NCBI RefSeq assembly: GCF_006345805.1 | Contig: NC_043011.1 | Coordinates: 20,968,464-21,032,463, forward strand | Reading direction: 5' to 3' | Source of the DNA: Octopus sinensis | Taxonomy: Eukaryota | Length of the DNA stretch: 64,000 bases | Shown here: in pieces, positions 41,601 through 55,311 of the stretch | Layout of the letters: each line of letters starts with the position of its first letter | How positions within the stretch are numbered: position 1 is the first letter of the stretch | Notes under the pieces: model-generated | The model's database searches: none | Told to the model about the DNA's origin: nothing | What the model saw: the letters and a program-made list of their open reading frames with translations, nothing else | Translations under genes and position numbers: made by a program

Positions 41601-42130
41601 AATGCCCCCGGACTATATCTTCATATTCTTCACACATTACAGGTTTTACCCAGAACCTAAGCAGGGGTAGACCCAAAGGAGCGATGGCTGGGGGATGAGG
41701 GGCACGCCCCCACCCCCACTCAAGAAAAGTAGTGTGCCCTTCTAAATAATGTTATTACGCCCTTTTCTCCTGGAATTGTATTCCCTTCTGATCTTGTGCC
41801 CTCCCTTCAAAATGTTCCCGGGACCACATCTGCTAAGAAAAAAAAAAATTATTTGAGAAAGCAGCGCTATTAAAACTTATATATGACTGGGGTTAAGAAG
41901 CCAGCCCTGCAAACGGGTGATTTTGGATTCAGTCCTTCAGTGCAGCATCTAGGACAAATGTCTTATACTAAAGTCCCGAGCCCAATGCCTTGTGAGTGAA
42001 TATGGTAGACGGAAACTGTTTGGAAGCCCGTCATCTGTGTATGTGCATGTGTGATTGTGTGTGTGTGTGCGTGCGTGCGCGTGTTTTAATCCCACGGCCC
42101 TTGGAAAGAACTTTCTGGGGACGCTACTTT

Positions 42131-42446
42131 AATAATAATGAAATTATTGTATACAGTGCTCAGGTGCACCACAACTTGTCAGAAAGTGCGTATAAAGTAT
42201 ATGCAGTAATGTACAAATGTCTGGAAAGCGAACAATGTATGAGTCAGATACATGCTTGTGTGTGTATTGAGGGGAGGTGTAGTGTTGGCGAATCTCAGGA
42301 AGCATGGACGTTTTGAAGGATGCAGTGCTCCGACAACTAACAACTGATGCCGGTAGTTTGTTCCATGCTTCAGCAACTCTTAGCGTGAAAAAATGTTTCC
42401 GAAAGTCATGGGAGCTGTGCTGTTTTCTGACTTTGTAAACATGTGT
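42131..42446 (-). mobile_element. CR1-clade LINE 3' fragment (second family) with a short (TTA)n tail
   Basis: Minus strand reads HVYKVRKQHSSHDFRKHFFTLRVAEAWNKLPASVVSCRSTASFKTSM, followed by a 3' UTR and aataataat. Confidence 0.8.
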
Positions 42447-42829
42447 TTATCAGGCCAACCTCCCGTGTTTTTTTAACCTTTTAGTTCAATCTCCTGTGAT
42501 GTGTTGGTGGCCTCTGACATCTGAAGAACCAAAACAAATCCTGACGTCATAGCCTCTTGACACTGGACGATCCTGTGGAGTTTCATCTTCACGTCACACC
42601 TATGTCAGTAGTTGTAAGTTTTATCCCTAAGGACATTGTTACTGAAACTTGAAATTAATGAATGTAGAATACAGTTACACGTTTAACTAATGAAATATTT
42701 TGCCTAATATATCAGAAATGAGCGTGCATTTATGCAACTCATATGTTGAAAACTGGAAGTCATGGTGGGTATGATGAAGTGTTTTGTTAGATACAGACTA
42801 ACTACGGGTAGTAAACTACGAAATTCTTA

Positions 42830-43060
42830 TATTCTCTCGATTTCCTGCAATTCAGACGGCCTCATGGTCCCAGCAGACAAAATGGAAAAGGCGTAGGCGT
42901 TTCCGCGGAGGATGGCGAGAGAAATGCACTGGAAGAGCCACTCTGACTTGTAGATAGCTGTCTCCGTTTCGATAGCGATAATCAGGGATATGGTCCTGGG
43001 GGCGGCCAAGAGGTCTCTACTGCCACAGGCTCGACCATTAACCTATCAGAGAGCGACCGA
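42830..43060 (-). mobile_element. CRE-like (restriction-endonuclease-type) non-LTR retrotransposon 3' fragment
   Basis: Reads VEPVAVETS / PRTISLIIAI...SEWLFQCISLAILRGNA, resembling the 'P.A.ET.G ... QR.S.AI.RGNA' C-terminus of CRE-clade proteins. Confidence 0.65.
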
Positions 43061-43959
43061 TACTTTGACCGTTTGCTCTTCCCAACCAGACGTCAAAGTC
43101 AAAGTTGAATCAAGGATCATTGCCCCAAATCTAATTATTATGATATATTCTTGTCACACGCTGATACTGTATGTTTTGGCATAGACAAAACAAAAATTAA
43201 ACTACGTTTAAGTTACGAATAACAATTTTGTTTATAATAATGTTTTCTTTTTACACATTCTACCAGTATACGAAGTTTCAAATTTTTTAGTTAACTAGGA
43301 AAATCTGGCCTTCAAAATGAAAAGATCCCATATAATTGCTTCATGAACTTCTTATACGACACAGCAACATCATCCTCATAAAACACATAGAGTCTACGAT
43401 TGTCTATTTGCAGGCTACTGTCATTTATATATTGCAATGGCAAATTTATGTGTTGTTTTCGTTTTATTATGAGAGTGTTATTTCATTGCTTGCTTATTAA
43501 GTTTGTTTAGAAAGGCAATCATAGATATTTTTCTGGTTAGGAATACCATGGAAAAGAAACACACAAGAAGAATCTATCTGGGTAGGACAGAGAGAAAAGG
43601 AGTGAAGTTGCAAATCGAAAGAAAAAATCGTCAAAATGTCAAAGATTGAACGCCAACGTTTCATTCGGCAAACACACGAGGTCTACTGTTCCCCTAGAGG
43701 TGGAACGCTCTGTAGACTTACTAGCTACCAACACCCCAGGTGATGGATACGGTGCCCGATCCGTAATGGTTGCTCCTGAAATGGAACCTTCTAAAGACGT
43801 GGGGTGACCGGTGACAAAACTCAGGCTGCTGTGGATGCACAGGGTGTGGAATTGGGTCCCCTAGAAAACGTAAACCCTTCTGCAAACGATAGTCCAGAGG
43901 ACGAGGATAACAAAGTAAAACTATGTGCTACCATTGACTCATCTATGGAATACCCAACA

Positions 43960-44250
43960 GATTCACACCTGCTTCGTGAAACACCTGTAACACCTAATCA
44001 CGTACGTGCTCTTCTTGAGTAAGGCCCTTGTCGGCCTGATCTTAAAGATAATTTTGACAGTTTTACGAACGATGAAACGGGACGTCATTTCAGCGGAACT
44101 TGGTACAAAAAACAAGTTAAAAGTGATTATGAAACAGACAGGCACTGGCTGGTTTACTCAACAAGAGCAAACATTATGATTTGTTTGCTTTCCTTTCTTT
44201 CTTTTTTTTGTGCAAATCGGTCGGAGGGTTGGAGCGATACTGGAAACACT
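43960..44250 (+). pseudogene. Decayed hAT transposase N-terminal (TTF-type zinc finger) fragment
   Basis: Reads VRALLE*GPCRPDL... and GRHFSGTWYKKQVKSDYETDRHWLVYSTRANIMICL...WSDTG, matching the 'GP.QP...R.F...WY...R.WL.YS.....C..C...W...G' pattern. Confidence 0.6.
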
Positions 44251-44369
44251 AAGTGTACTTATGAATTCTTAGTCTTTCTTGTATTTTAGAACAAGGTGCT
44301 AGTCGAGGCTTTCACTTTTTCCCCATATTTACAGAAAAGTAGTCTAGATCTGGTAATAACCTCTCAGTT

Positions 44370-44571
44370 ACTCTTTTACATGTTTCAGTCATTTGACTGC
44401 GGCCATGCTGGAGCACCGCCTTTAGTCGAGCAAATCGACCCCGGGACTTATTCTTTGTAAGCCCAGTACTTATTCTATCGGTCTTTTGCCGAACCGCTAA
44501 GTGACGGGGACGTAAACACACCAGCATCGGTTGTCAAGCAATGCTAGGGGGACAAACACAGACACACAAAT

Positions 44572-44616
<45 letters not shown>

Positions 44617-44768
44617 TACGACAGGCTTCTTTCAGTTTCCGTCTACCAAATCCACTCACAAGGCATTGGTCGGCCCGGGGCTATAGCAGAAGACACTTGC
44701 CCAAGATGCCACGCAGTGGGACTGAACCCGGAACCATGTGGTTGGTTAGCAAGCTACTTACCACACAG
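44370..44768 (-). mobile_element. SINE-A
   Basis: Collinear; lacks the first few head nucleotides. Confidence 0.9.
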
Positions 44769-44999
44769 TTTGAGTCAGATATTTGAAAAAGAAATGACAG
44801 ATATGCAAAATCAGTATGGATCTTAGTTCAAACAGACTGATAATGAGGCAAATGAATTGGCTCAAAAATGTGTTATTAGTACGGAATATAGGCAGCACAG
44901 CGTAGAGGGAAAATATTCCATAATGAAATTTATGTGCCCGTTACTTTGCGGTTCAGCAAAAGAGACTGATGGGATAAGTACCAGGCTTTAAAAAAAAAG

Positions 45000-45403
45000 G
45001 GATCTTTTCGGTTTGAACGGCAGTTTTTAACATAATTTCTAGGTAACTAAAATATTTTAAACTTCGTATACTGGTAGAATGTGTTTATAAAACATCTTTT
45101 TCTCTTAGCTTTATTGAGAAAATTCTATAGTTTGTAAGATATTTGTTGTTTTTCTTCAATTTCAACCAATCAATGACTTCTATTGAGTTAAAAAACATTC
45201 TGTGTCGTATGAATATGTCCCTCATTTAACAAACAGATTGGGTTTATTTACATTTGTGAAGAAAAAAAGATACCCTTCCCCCACCCCCAACCCTAACCCT
45301 AAAAGAGATTGAAATGCAATAGATCGATACTACGGTCATAATTATGGGTGACAATTTCATATGACACCGCTAGAAAAAACTGCCGTTCAAACCGAAAAGA
45401 TCC
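45000..45403. mobile_element. Longer copy of the same MITE, opposite orientation, inserted in a SINE-A tail
   Basis: Same TIRs; 9 bp direct repeat aaaaaaaag on both sides; contains ccctaaccctaa. SINE-A tail sequence continues on both flanks (44930-44999, 45404-45496). Partial copies lie at ~43250-43328 and ~48270-48450. Confidence 0.85.
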
Positions 45404-46517
45404 AAAAAAAAGTCCTGATGTCGATTTGCTCGACTAAAAACCCTTCAAGGCGGTACTCCAGCATTGCCGCAGTCAAATAACTGAAACAAGAAAAGATGCA
45501 GTACATCCAGTTACACGGATGCACCCTACTATTTGTATTTTCATTGTCTTGTTTCCTACGTCTGCGCATACTCAGCTCGCTTTTCCTGATTCAGCACACC
45601 TCAGATGTCTTTTTTGAAATATAGAACGCAGACTATGCTTACTGCACCTTCGCTCCCAGATGCACCCCACTTACCTGTATACAACCCCAGTTTGGTCGCA
45701 ACATATATTTGCTACATAAACATCGTGCAAGAATGAGCACGTAATCGTTACAATTTTGGTGATCCCATCCTTACACATACACAGTTTCTTGGTTGTAGAG
45801 CCTAATGAAAACAAGCAAATAAATCGGCAGCAACGAAGGAAAATTCAGATAACGTACAACTATGGGGTGTCGAAGGTAGGCAGCAGGTTTACTTCCGTTG
45901 AAATAGCCCAAAAGGGACTCCCAAACCAGGCGACACCAATACAGCGCAGTCGAATAGAGTTGCCGCACCTCCAAACTTTTAACATACATAACCAGAAGTT
46001 CTGACACCTTTAAATATGGATACATAGTGAAAGTTTAAGTCAGTTTGACTGCCTGTTTAGATATAAATTAATTTTCTCTCCCTTGTAGGTGCAATATGGT
46101 CGAATGGTAAAGAGATTTGCCATCCAATCACAAGGTCCCGAGGTCAATTCTACAGCATAGCAAATGCAATTTTCTATAGATTCGGGCCAACCAAAACCTC
46201 GCTAGTAAAACTGAGTGGATGGAATCTACATAGAAGCCCACCAGAGGAATTGTCCTGCTAACTCAAAGGTTCGGCCTTGGTTCAACGTGTCACGCTGATT
46301 CCGTCTGGGGGTTACATTAAAGGCACATATACATTTCTGGGGAATACCCAGCTACTTACACACTGATTAACTGAACTTTGTAATTCCTTTGGTCGTACAA
46401 CTGAACACTCGTTATCGGAAATTCCGACCAAACTCCGCTTGTTATTTATTTTTTCTCTTGATAGTATTTTGTACTGACCTGTAAGCTTTCGTCATTTTTA
46501 CTTTTTATTTGTAGAAC

Positions 46518-46663
46518 AGGCATAAGGCAACCGGTTTCAGTGAATGGGCCGCCGTATGAGCCAAGGTTGATCATCAGGTGAGCTGCATTACTAAAGAAAT
46601 TAAAAGTAATTCTTCGTTGGCATGCCATTCAAAGTCCCGCGAGCCGCAGTTTGCCCATGCTTG
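46518..46663. mobile_element. Probable decayed hAT MITE
   Basis: caggcataaggcaac ... gccgcagtttgcccatgcttg; flanks ttgtagaa / ttgtagtg resemble an 8 bp TSD. Confidence 0.5.
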
Positions 46664-47030
46664 TTGTAGTGGAAGCGTTGTAGTTCCAGCATGGATGCCG
46701 TCTTAAGAGATTGGCACCCGGGAGTCGAAATGTCTAAGATCCCAATGTTAATCAATACATTTTTTTATGCGCCCTTTTCAAGCCTACCCAGGCTCATGGG
46801 CCCGGTTTCCTGGTTTCTGTGGCGTATGTGTCCCCGCAACAGCTGAACGGGACGCCAGTCCATCGCAGTAATCAATACATGCTGTACCATATTATTTGAA
46901 AAGGGTAGATAGTTTTCTCACATCAGTAAAATGTACGCGATTACTGTTCTCAAACAGTTGAAAGTCGATGGATACACTAGAATTTCGAAATGCAGACCCG
47001 TCACCATACTTTGGTGGCTGAGGTGCTGCG

Positions 47031-48000
47031 TTAGCATGCGGTCTACTGCAGTATCCTGCCTACGCTGTGAAATTACTTTTAGCGTGCTGTCTACCTTTTC
47101 TTACCCTTTTACACTTTAGCGTGCGATCTACCTCCACTATAAGAACTTTATACCACAAGATGATAAAAACAAATTGAATAATGTTGAATAATGATTTACT
47201 AATAACTTACACTTAAATCTTAATTGACGATATGCACTTCGTACATCATTTAGGAATGCCATAAACAAATCTGCTGCATCTCTTCCTAAACCTTTTCCAA
47301 CAAAAGTGATCAAGGTGTGTTTGGAAAAGCTCACTACTAACGCCTCATTTTCTTTCAAATAGTTGCTTTGGAATCCGACCATGATCTCTCAGTAAAAATG
47401 CAACTGCTGTTTCCTCTGTAAATGTATACGTCTATAGAAATCCTTTAAAAAAAAAAACGGATCGTGTGAACTTTCCGGCAGTTCTCTCCCCTCCCCTTCA
47501 GAAAACAGTTTTCCTACAAATTTCTTTATAATCGTAATCTATGCTGTTTGACAGACGTTTCTGTAAAATTTCATTAAAAGTTATTCATTTTCCTGAAAGT
47601 TATGAGGGGAAAAACGGATCATGCGAATTTTCCGACAGTCCTCTCCCCCCCCCCCGGAAAAAATTTTCCCCAGAAATTTCTTTATAATCGTAATTTGTGC
47701 CATTTGAACGGTATTTCTATAAAATTTCATCAATGTATATCCATTTTCCTGAAAGTTATGAGGGAAAAATCGGATCTTGTGATTTTTCCAAAAGTCCTCT
47801 CCCCACCCACGTTCGTTTGCGCAATTTTTTTTTCATATTCGTTTTCTTCACAGTTTTTATACCTAGTAGGCTGGGTTTTTTTTTGTTTCCGTTAATGGGT
47901 CTTAAACTTTATATTGACAAGTTAAGAGGGTAAGAAAAGGTGCACGCTAAAAGTAATTTCATGGCTTAGGCAAGATACTGCGGTAGACCGCACGTTAAAG
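47031..48000. mobile_element. Unclassified non-autonomous DNA transposon with long imperfect TIRs
   Basis: 47031-47106 is an imperfect inverted copy of 47928-48000 (tgcggtctac...aaattacttttagcgtgc...ccttttcttaccc). Internal ~155 bp tandem repeats start near 47455, 47610 and 47765. Confidence 0.65.
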
Positions 48001-50318
48001 TTGCACCGAATATTGTGGGTCGGCACTAATTTGTAACAATGTTAAAGTGGAATTTCGAAATAAGTGTACCACTGTAAATATGAGGTTACCCCCAATGGAT
48101 AGTGAGGGGACAGTGCCGTCCAGTACACCCCCTTAGCGACGTGCATGTATGTCCAAAGGACCGACTTCTATGATATATGGGTTGTTATAGTTGATATTTC
48201 TCTGATGTCATTAAAATGGTCCAACTTCGTGTATAGCATCAGTGGCAGAGGTAAATATACTGACATCTTGATCTTTTCGGTTTGAACGGCAGTTTTTTAA
48301 AAAATAATTTCTATGTAACTAAAAAAATTTTAACTTCGTTTACTGGTAGAATGTGTTTATAAAACATCTTTTTCTCTTGGCTTTATTGAGAAAATTCTAT
48401 AGTTTGTAAGATATTTGGTCTTTAATTTCTTGCATTTCGGCAATTTCGAAAAAATCCTGACATCTCGCTTCGACATATTTACATCAGTTAAATATTTCTA
48501 TTCATAATTTTCAATCCTTTGTTTTATTTTCCATTTCATGAATTGTTTCACCTCATTGTTTCAGTAAGAAATCGAATTTCAAATATCGCTTTTATAATGT
48601 AATAAAAAAAGGTTAAAAGTTTTTATAAATTTATTTGGAGGTTAATTATTTACTTTCAACCGCTTGTTTTATAAAGTTCCGTTTCTAATTAAGAATCTAA
48701 ATAAACAGTAAAAGATTGTATTATTCCACGTGGTCAAGGTAAGAACGGGAGGTAACTCTACGAATCAATTTAGAAATTCTCATCTCTCCACCGTAGACAG
48801 GAGTGGGACGAATATTGTTTTGGTTATTATTTAAATGATTTCTATAACATGTTTAGAAATTTTAATTTAACATCGAGACCTTGATATAGATGGATGTCAA
48901 TATGTTATTTCCAGTGTATATGAAAACAAAACGAAACAAAAAAGAAATAACAATAAAGAACCACGCCGGCTGAGGTTGAGTATTTTGCTTTCTATGAATT
49001 ATATTACGATATTTTTTTAATATTTAAAGTTTGCGAAAAATGTATTTAAAAAAAAATATATCACTTTTTGAATATTTATTCCATTAGTATTATGCAAGAG
49101 AAAAGATAGAAACATAATTTTATAGTGTGAAAATTACATATGAGAAAACAAAAAGTCGGTGATATTAGGCACAGTTTTGATTTATAGGTAAGATGATGTA
49201 AGCTAATTACCTGGTGTTTGAAAATTTTGTGTACCTCTGGTAGCATGTTCCAAATACTATGGGAATGCAGGGAAAACAAAAAATTCTTATGATGCCGTTT
49301 CATTTAGGATCGGTTGTAGTTCTGGAGGTAAATAGTCACACGTGTAGAAATTTGTACATGGTTATCATTTAACGATAAAAATATGACAACCTATAATGAT
49401 ACTTTTGCGAGAAAGAAGAGAATGGAAATGATATAATTTCAATGTTTTCTATCTATGTACGATATGTAGATGATCAAACAGCTGATATTTAAAAAAAAAG
49501 AGAAATGCATAAAGGAACGACAGCAGAAATGAATGATTTTTTTCGTTTTTTGTGTGTACCTTCGCAGCTCTTGAGGTTTATGTAATAATAATATTTTTAT
49601 TCAGAATTTCGGAAAACGAATGAATATGACCGCACCCATTGTGTGCTCTTACTTAATTCAGTAGCCTTAAATCCTTTGTTATAAAATTCATCCGAGTAAC
49701 CACTCACAAGTTTTATTTAAATCGCTTTATATTTTACTGTCGATAATCTTCGATCGACGTAAGTTTCGACCAAATAGAGATAATTAGTTCGGTCGGTATG
49801 ATTTTTATTTCTCTCCCATTCTTTCTATATTCTTGAAGGACATCAACCAAGAACACGTTATCTTATTAGTCAACAACTTCTCGGGCTTAATTCATTTTAA
49901 TCCAACATTTTATACAAATATATAAAAACTGTATTTATCGTCAATTTTCTTGAAAGATGTAATTGCTTATCTTATTTCTGAACTTAGGACATTTTAGTAC
50001 TAAGTGATACGCTTCTTTATAGCATCGTAAACACATCTACAAACATAAACTAAGCTGTATCACATTAAATAATTCATAATATTCTTCTGTAAATATATTT
50101 CGTTTATCTTATGAAACGTGTTGTATCAGGTGTGTGTATATATATGCATTGTTTTCGCTTCTTGCTCATATTTGAGGAAAATCTTTATTTTGAGACTTAT
50201 CTGTAGCGCAGAATTTTTAATTTTTGAAGAAAGATTTCTAACAAAGTTGCTTATCTCTCTCGTATTAAAGTTTACAAAGATAGAAGTTTTAACTCCTTGT
50301 CACGTTACTATAAAAATA

Positions 50319-50683
50319 GTGTGGTAAGTAGCTTGCTTACGAACCACATGGTTCCAGGTTCAGTCCCACTGCGTGGTACCTTGGGCAAGTGTCTTCTACT
50401 ATAGCCTCGGGCCGACCAAAGCCTTGAGAGTGGATTTGGTAGACGGAAACTGAAAGAAGCCCGTTGTATATATATATATGTTTGTATGTCTGTGTTTGTA
50501 CCCCCAACATCGCTTGACAACCAATGCTGGTGTGTTTACGTCTCTGTAAATTAGCGGTTCGGCAAAAGAGACCGATAGAATAGGTACTTGGCTTACAAAG
50601 AATAAGTCCTGGGGTCGATTTGGTCAACTAAAGGCAGTGCTCCAGCATGGCCACATTCAAATGACTGAAGCAAGTAAAAGAGT
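50319..50683 (+). mobile_element. SINE-A
   Basis: Collinear with the family. Confidence 0.9.
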
Positions 50684-51026
50684 ATTAAGGATTAACTCTG
50701 GGGATTAGCTTTGTTGATTAACCGCATATTACATTTTCAACTCTATCCAAAATATTCAACGACACGGATCCATTTCATTAAACTAACGAACACATGTCAT
50801 AACACGATTTCCTATTGCCGTTGGAATTACAAACGTGTTAAGACTTTCAGAAAAATTGGCATTTCTTGTTGAAATTTTCTACAAAATCACGTCAGATGGT
50901 ATTGATTTCGATTATATTGGACTGTGTTGTGAAAATTTTTTTCCTGGGACAATAGCAGGGAGTTTCGGATAATTTGCAAGATTCAGCTTTGTTTCAGAAC
51001 AATGGATTGCATTTTTCTATCTTTTT

Positions 51027-51400
51027 TTTACTTGTTTCAGTCATTTGACTGCAGCCATGCTGGAGCACCGCCTTGAGGAGTTTTAGTCGAACAAATCGAC
51101 TCCTGGACTTATTTTTAAAGCCTAGTACTTACTCTATCAGTATCTTTTGCTGAATCGCTAAGTTACAGGGAAGCAAACACACCAACACTGGTTGTCAAAC
51201 GATGCTGGGGGACAAAGACATACACACACACACACACACATATATAAGACAGGCTTCTTCCAGTTTCCATCTACCAAATCCACTCACAAGGCTTTGGTTG
51301 GCCTAAGGCTACAGTAGAAGACACTTGCCCAAGGTACTACACAGTGGGCTTGAACCTGGAACCATGTGGTTGGGATGCAAGCTTCTTACCACACAGCCAC
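51027..51400 (-). mobile_element. SINE-A
   Basis: Collinear; tail-to-tail with the copy at 50319-50683. Confidence 0.88.
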
Positions 51401-52965
51401 ACCTTGTATGAAATTTTCTACAAATTTCTTCCAGGTTGTGTAGATTATGGTTAGATCGGAATTTAATACAAAAAATAAAAATAAAACAATAGTTGGACAA
51501 GCACACAGGTGTACTGACACATTGGAATTGTTTTCAAAATTTCAAGTTTCATTTTGTAAATATATGTCATGTGTGACAGTATGAACCCACCAATGTCTTT
51601 CTTTCTCATTTTTAAATTCTGTTCTGCACAATCTGAAAGGTATTTCGTAGAATATTTCATTAAAAAAAAAAAAAAAAAAAGGTTACTTCTCTGAAGGAAT
51701 GAGGAACAAAGTCAACTCATGTGAATTTATGTAGATATGGGGGCCTAGGTTGAGTTCCAGATCAGCCTTGACTGTCATCAGCCAGGTTTTTCGTTGTCCA
51801 CCACGTTGCTTTCGCCAACCCTGAAAGGGAGCTGGGGCAATTGCTTTGTAGATGAATTCTCCTGGTTGACGACAGAGGGCATGACCCAGCCAACGCAGAC
51901 GTCTCGTTAGGATGACTTGTCGGAGAGAGGTGATTCTGCACTGGTATGCCTATATATATATATAAAGTCATAAATGACAGAAATAGTTTAATGAAATTCT
52001 ATTTAAATAAAATTTCATCAACCTATTTCTCTGACATACATGACTTCATACATTCCTTATCGTTTTCTCTTGTATCATACTATATAGTCTATACATTTTG
52101 TAGAATGATACATTAAGGAGCTATTTTTTATGAGTACTACTGCATTACTGGAATCCATATATTGTGAAACACACACACACATGGTCTGATCAATAAGCAT
52201 CCGGATTGTTGCTATAGTAATGAGGTTAAAGCATGCACAGTGACCTTAAATTCTGCTGTGCATGTGTACTAAGTTTTAACACTCTAGCTCACTTCTGCTG
52301 TTTGAAGGTGGTGCCCCAGTATGGCCGCAGTCCAATGACTGAAACAAATAAAAGATGAGTTATGTTTATATATACATATATGTTCATATATATATATATA
52401 CATACATATCATCATCATCATTTAGCATCCGTTTTCCATGCTAGCATGGGTTGGACGGTTCAACTGGGGTCTGTGAAGCCAGAAGACTGCATCAGGCCCA
52501 GTTGATCTGGCAGTGTTTCTACGGCTGGATACCCTTCCTAACGCCAACCACTCCGCGAGTGTAGTGGGTGCTTTTTACGTGCCACCCGCACAGGTGCCAG
52601 ACGGTGCTGGCAAACGGCCACGAACGGATCGTGCTTTTACGTGCCATGGTCACGGGGGCCAGGCGAGGCTGGCAACGGACATGAACGGATGGTGCTTTTA
52701 CGTACCACCGGCACAGAGGCACTGGTATCACAGCCACAATTTCCATTGATGTTGATCGACTTCGATTTTGGTTCTACTTTCTGATATCTGATTTGATTTT
52801 GATTTTTTGATTTTCACTTGCCTCAACAGGTCTTCACAAGTGGAGTTTTGTGTCCCAAGAAGGAAAGGTATGTATAAGTCGACTGGCTACATACCAGGTA
52901 GAGGCCACGGGTTATGGCCTCACTAGTCTTGCCAGGTCTTCTCACGCACAGCATACTTCCATAGG

Positions 52966-53031
<66 letters not shown>

Positions 53032-53604
53032 TATATATAAAATGCTCATATATCTATATGTTTACATATCTATATATGCTTATATATATATATGTTTGTA
53101 TATGTTTATATACATATGCTTATATATATATATATTTATATATATATATATATGTTTATATATATATATATGCTTATATATATATATATATATTTATATA
53201 TAGATGTATAAGAATTTTCTCCTCATCAGCGATAAATACGCTAAGAAATAAATGAAATACTTATACCCATGGAAGAAGTGTCTCGAGGTGTGCTGGAGAA
53301 TTTCTATTTGGATATATTTGGGGTACTTAGGTGTGCTCATGACTTAGTGTTTGCTTCTTCCATGTGTATAAGTAAGTAATTCATTTATTTCTTACCCTAT
53401 TTATCGCTGACAAGGAGAAAATTCTTATGAGTTAACTCTGAAATTGGGACCAATATGATGATAATGGAATTTTTTAGAAATTTCTGTCAGCTTACTTCGA
53501 GATGCGTGCTTATAGTGATAAATTACATAGTTGTTGACGATTTGTCTATTTTCGACATATTTGGCATTAGAATTTTTTCCTTTTGCCCTTGTTTATAAGT
53601 TGTG

Positions 53605-53642
<38 letters not shown>

Positions 53643-54014
53643 TATATATCATCATCATCATCATCATCGTTTAGCGTCCGTTTTCCATGCTAGCATGGGT
53701 TGGACGGTTCTACTGGGGTCTGTGAAGCCAGAAGGCTTCATCGGGCCCAGTCAAATCTGGCAGTGTTTCTACGGCTGGATGCCCTTCCTAACGCCAACCA
53801 CTCTGTGAGTGTAGTGGGTGCTTTTTACGTGCCACCCGCACAGGTGCCAGACAGAGCTGGCAAACGGCCACGAACGGACGGTGCTTTTTATGTGCTACTG
53901 GCACGAGGGCCAGGCGAGGCTGGCAACGGACACGAAACGGGGCGGTGCTGGCAACGGTCGCGAAACGGAAGGTTCTCTTTCTGATTCTGATATATATATA
54001 CACACACACACACA

Positions 54015-54143
<129 letters not shown>

Positions 54144-54409
54144 TATATATATACACACCTGTGTTTAACTCCATTTATTTATTTATATATATTATACAAA
54201 ATACTTCACATCAACCCGGAGTTTCTACCTTTACAAACAGGGTGTTAAGTCCATATTACTGTGTGATTTTTTGCTACCCTGGTGACTGTTTATCTATTTT
54301 TCCCGTGTTAATTGTAAACAAGGGTAAAATACACACATCTATTTATATATATTTTATAATTCTCTAATTTTCTCTCATTTCAGCTGGAAATAAACTTGCT
54401 GCTGTGATA

Positions 54410-54581
54410 ATGGTTGACGTCGTAGCATTAGCAGTTGTAGTTGTGGCATATGCTTTTGTCTTTGTTACAGGTCTTTTGTTAGTGAAATTCACTCGACGCA
54501 ACCAAGAATGTACGCAACTGGAGTTCGAGTTAGTTGCTGGAAGAAACCTTTCTGTTTTCCTTGGAATTTCTACTATGACAG
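54410..54581 (+). CDS. SLC5A7: SLC5A7/CHT1-like sodium:solute symporter, coding exon 1
   Basis: Pyrimidine tract and CAG acceptor end at 54383; ATG at 54410. Reads MVDVVALAVVVVAYAFVFVTGLLLVKF...LVAGRNLSVFLGISTMT, resembling CHT1 TM1 and its 'VGGRDIGLLVGGFTMT' motif. GT donor at 54582, phase 1. Confidence 0.9.
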
Positions 54582-55098
54582 GTGTGTGCTCTCTGTCTTA
54601 AGTTTTAAGTAGGTGTGAACTAGTCAGGGGTATTGTTTTGTTATTTTCCTTCAGTCATGACTATTTACCATTTTCTAGTACTTTTTAAAACTATTTTTGC
54701 TCTGAATATCTTTAATTATTTAGCTCCTAATTAAGTTCTTTCATTTTTCACCTAAAAACTTAATTTGCAGTCCATTCCATTTCGTAACAAAATCATTGTT
54801 AAAGTTGCTGACCAGTCTTTGTTAAAGTTGCCACAGATCTGAACATCATCATCATCATCGTTTAACGTCCGCTTTCCATGCTAGCATGGGTTGGACAGTT
54901 CGACTGGGGTCTGGGAAGCCAGGAGGCTGCACCAGGCCCAGTCTGATCAGCATTTCTTGCTCAACCCAGTCCCTCCTAAGAAAAAAGTCTCAAAACTTAT
55001 GGAATGCACTTCATAGCTTAGAAATTATGTTAAAACAATTTATTCTTTCGCAATTTCTCTTTTATACCAAACTGATATGTTGTATTTCTCATTTTTAG

Positions 55099-55206
55099 CT
55101 ACCATTGTTGGCGGAGGGTTTTTAAATGGTACTGCTGAGTCTGTGGCCACTTATGGTTTAGTCTGGACATTAGCCCCTGTAGGAATCCTCTTTGGCTTAA
55201 TATTTG
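55099..55206 (+). CDS. SLC5A7: SLC5A7/CHT1-like, coding exon 2 (not in the ORF track)
   Basis: ttttag acceptor and gtaagt donor; 108 nt, phase 1-1. Reads ATIVGGGFLNGTAESVATYGLVWTLAPVGILFGLIF versus CHT1 [38 protein letters not shown]. Confidence 0.93.
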
Positions 55207-55311
55207 GTAAGTATTTGTTTATCTTGACCATTATAAATGTCAGTTTTAATTAGACAAAAGAAACAGGCTTACAGAGAGGCCTCAAACTATTGGTTAAACT
55301 CATCATTAATT

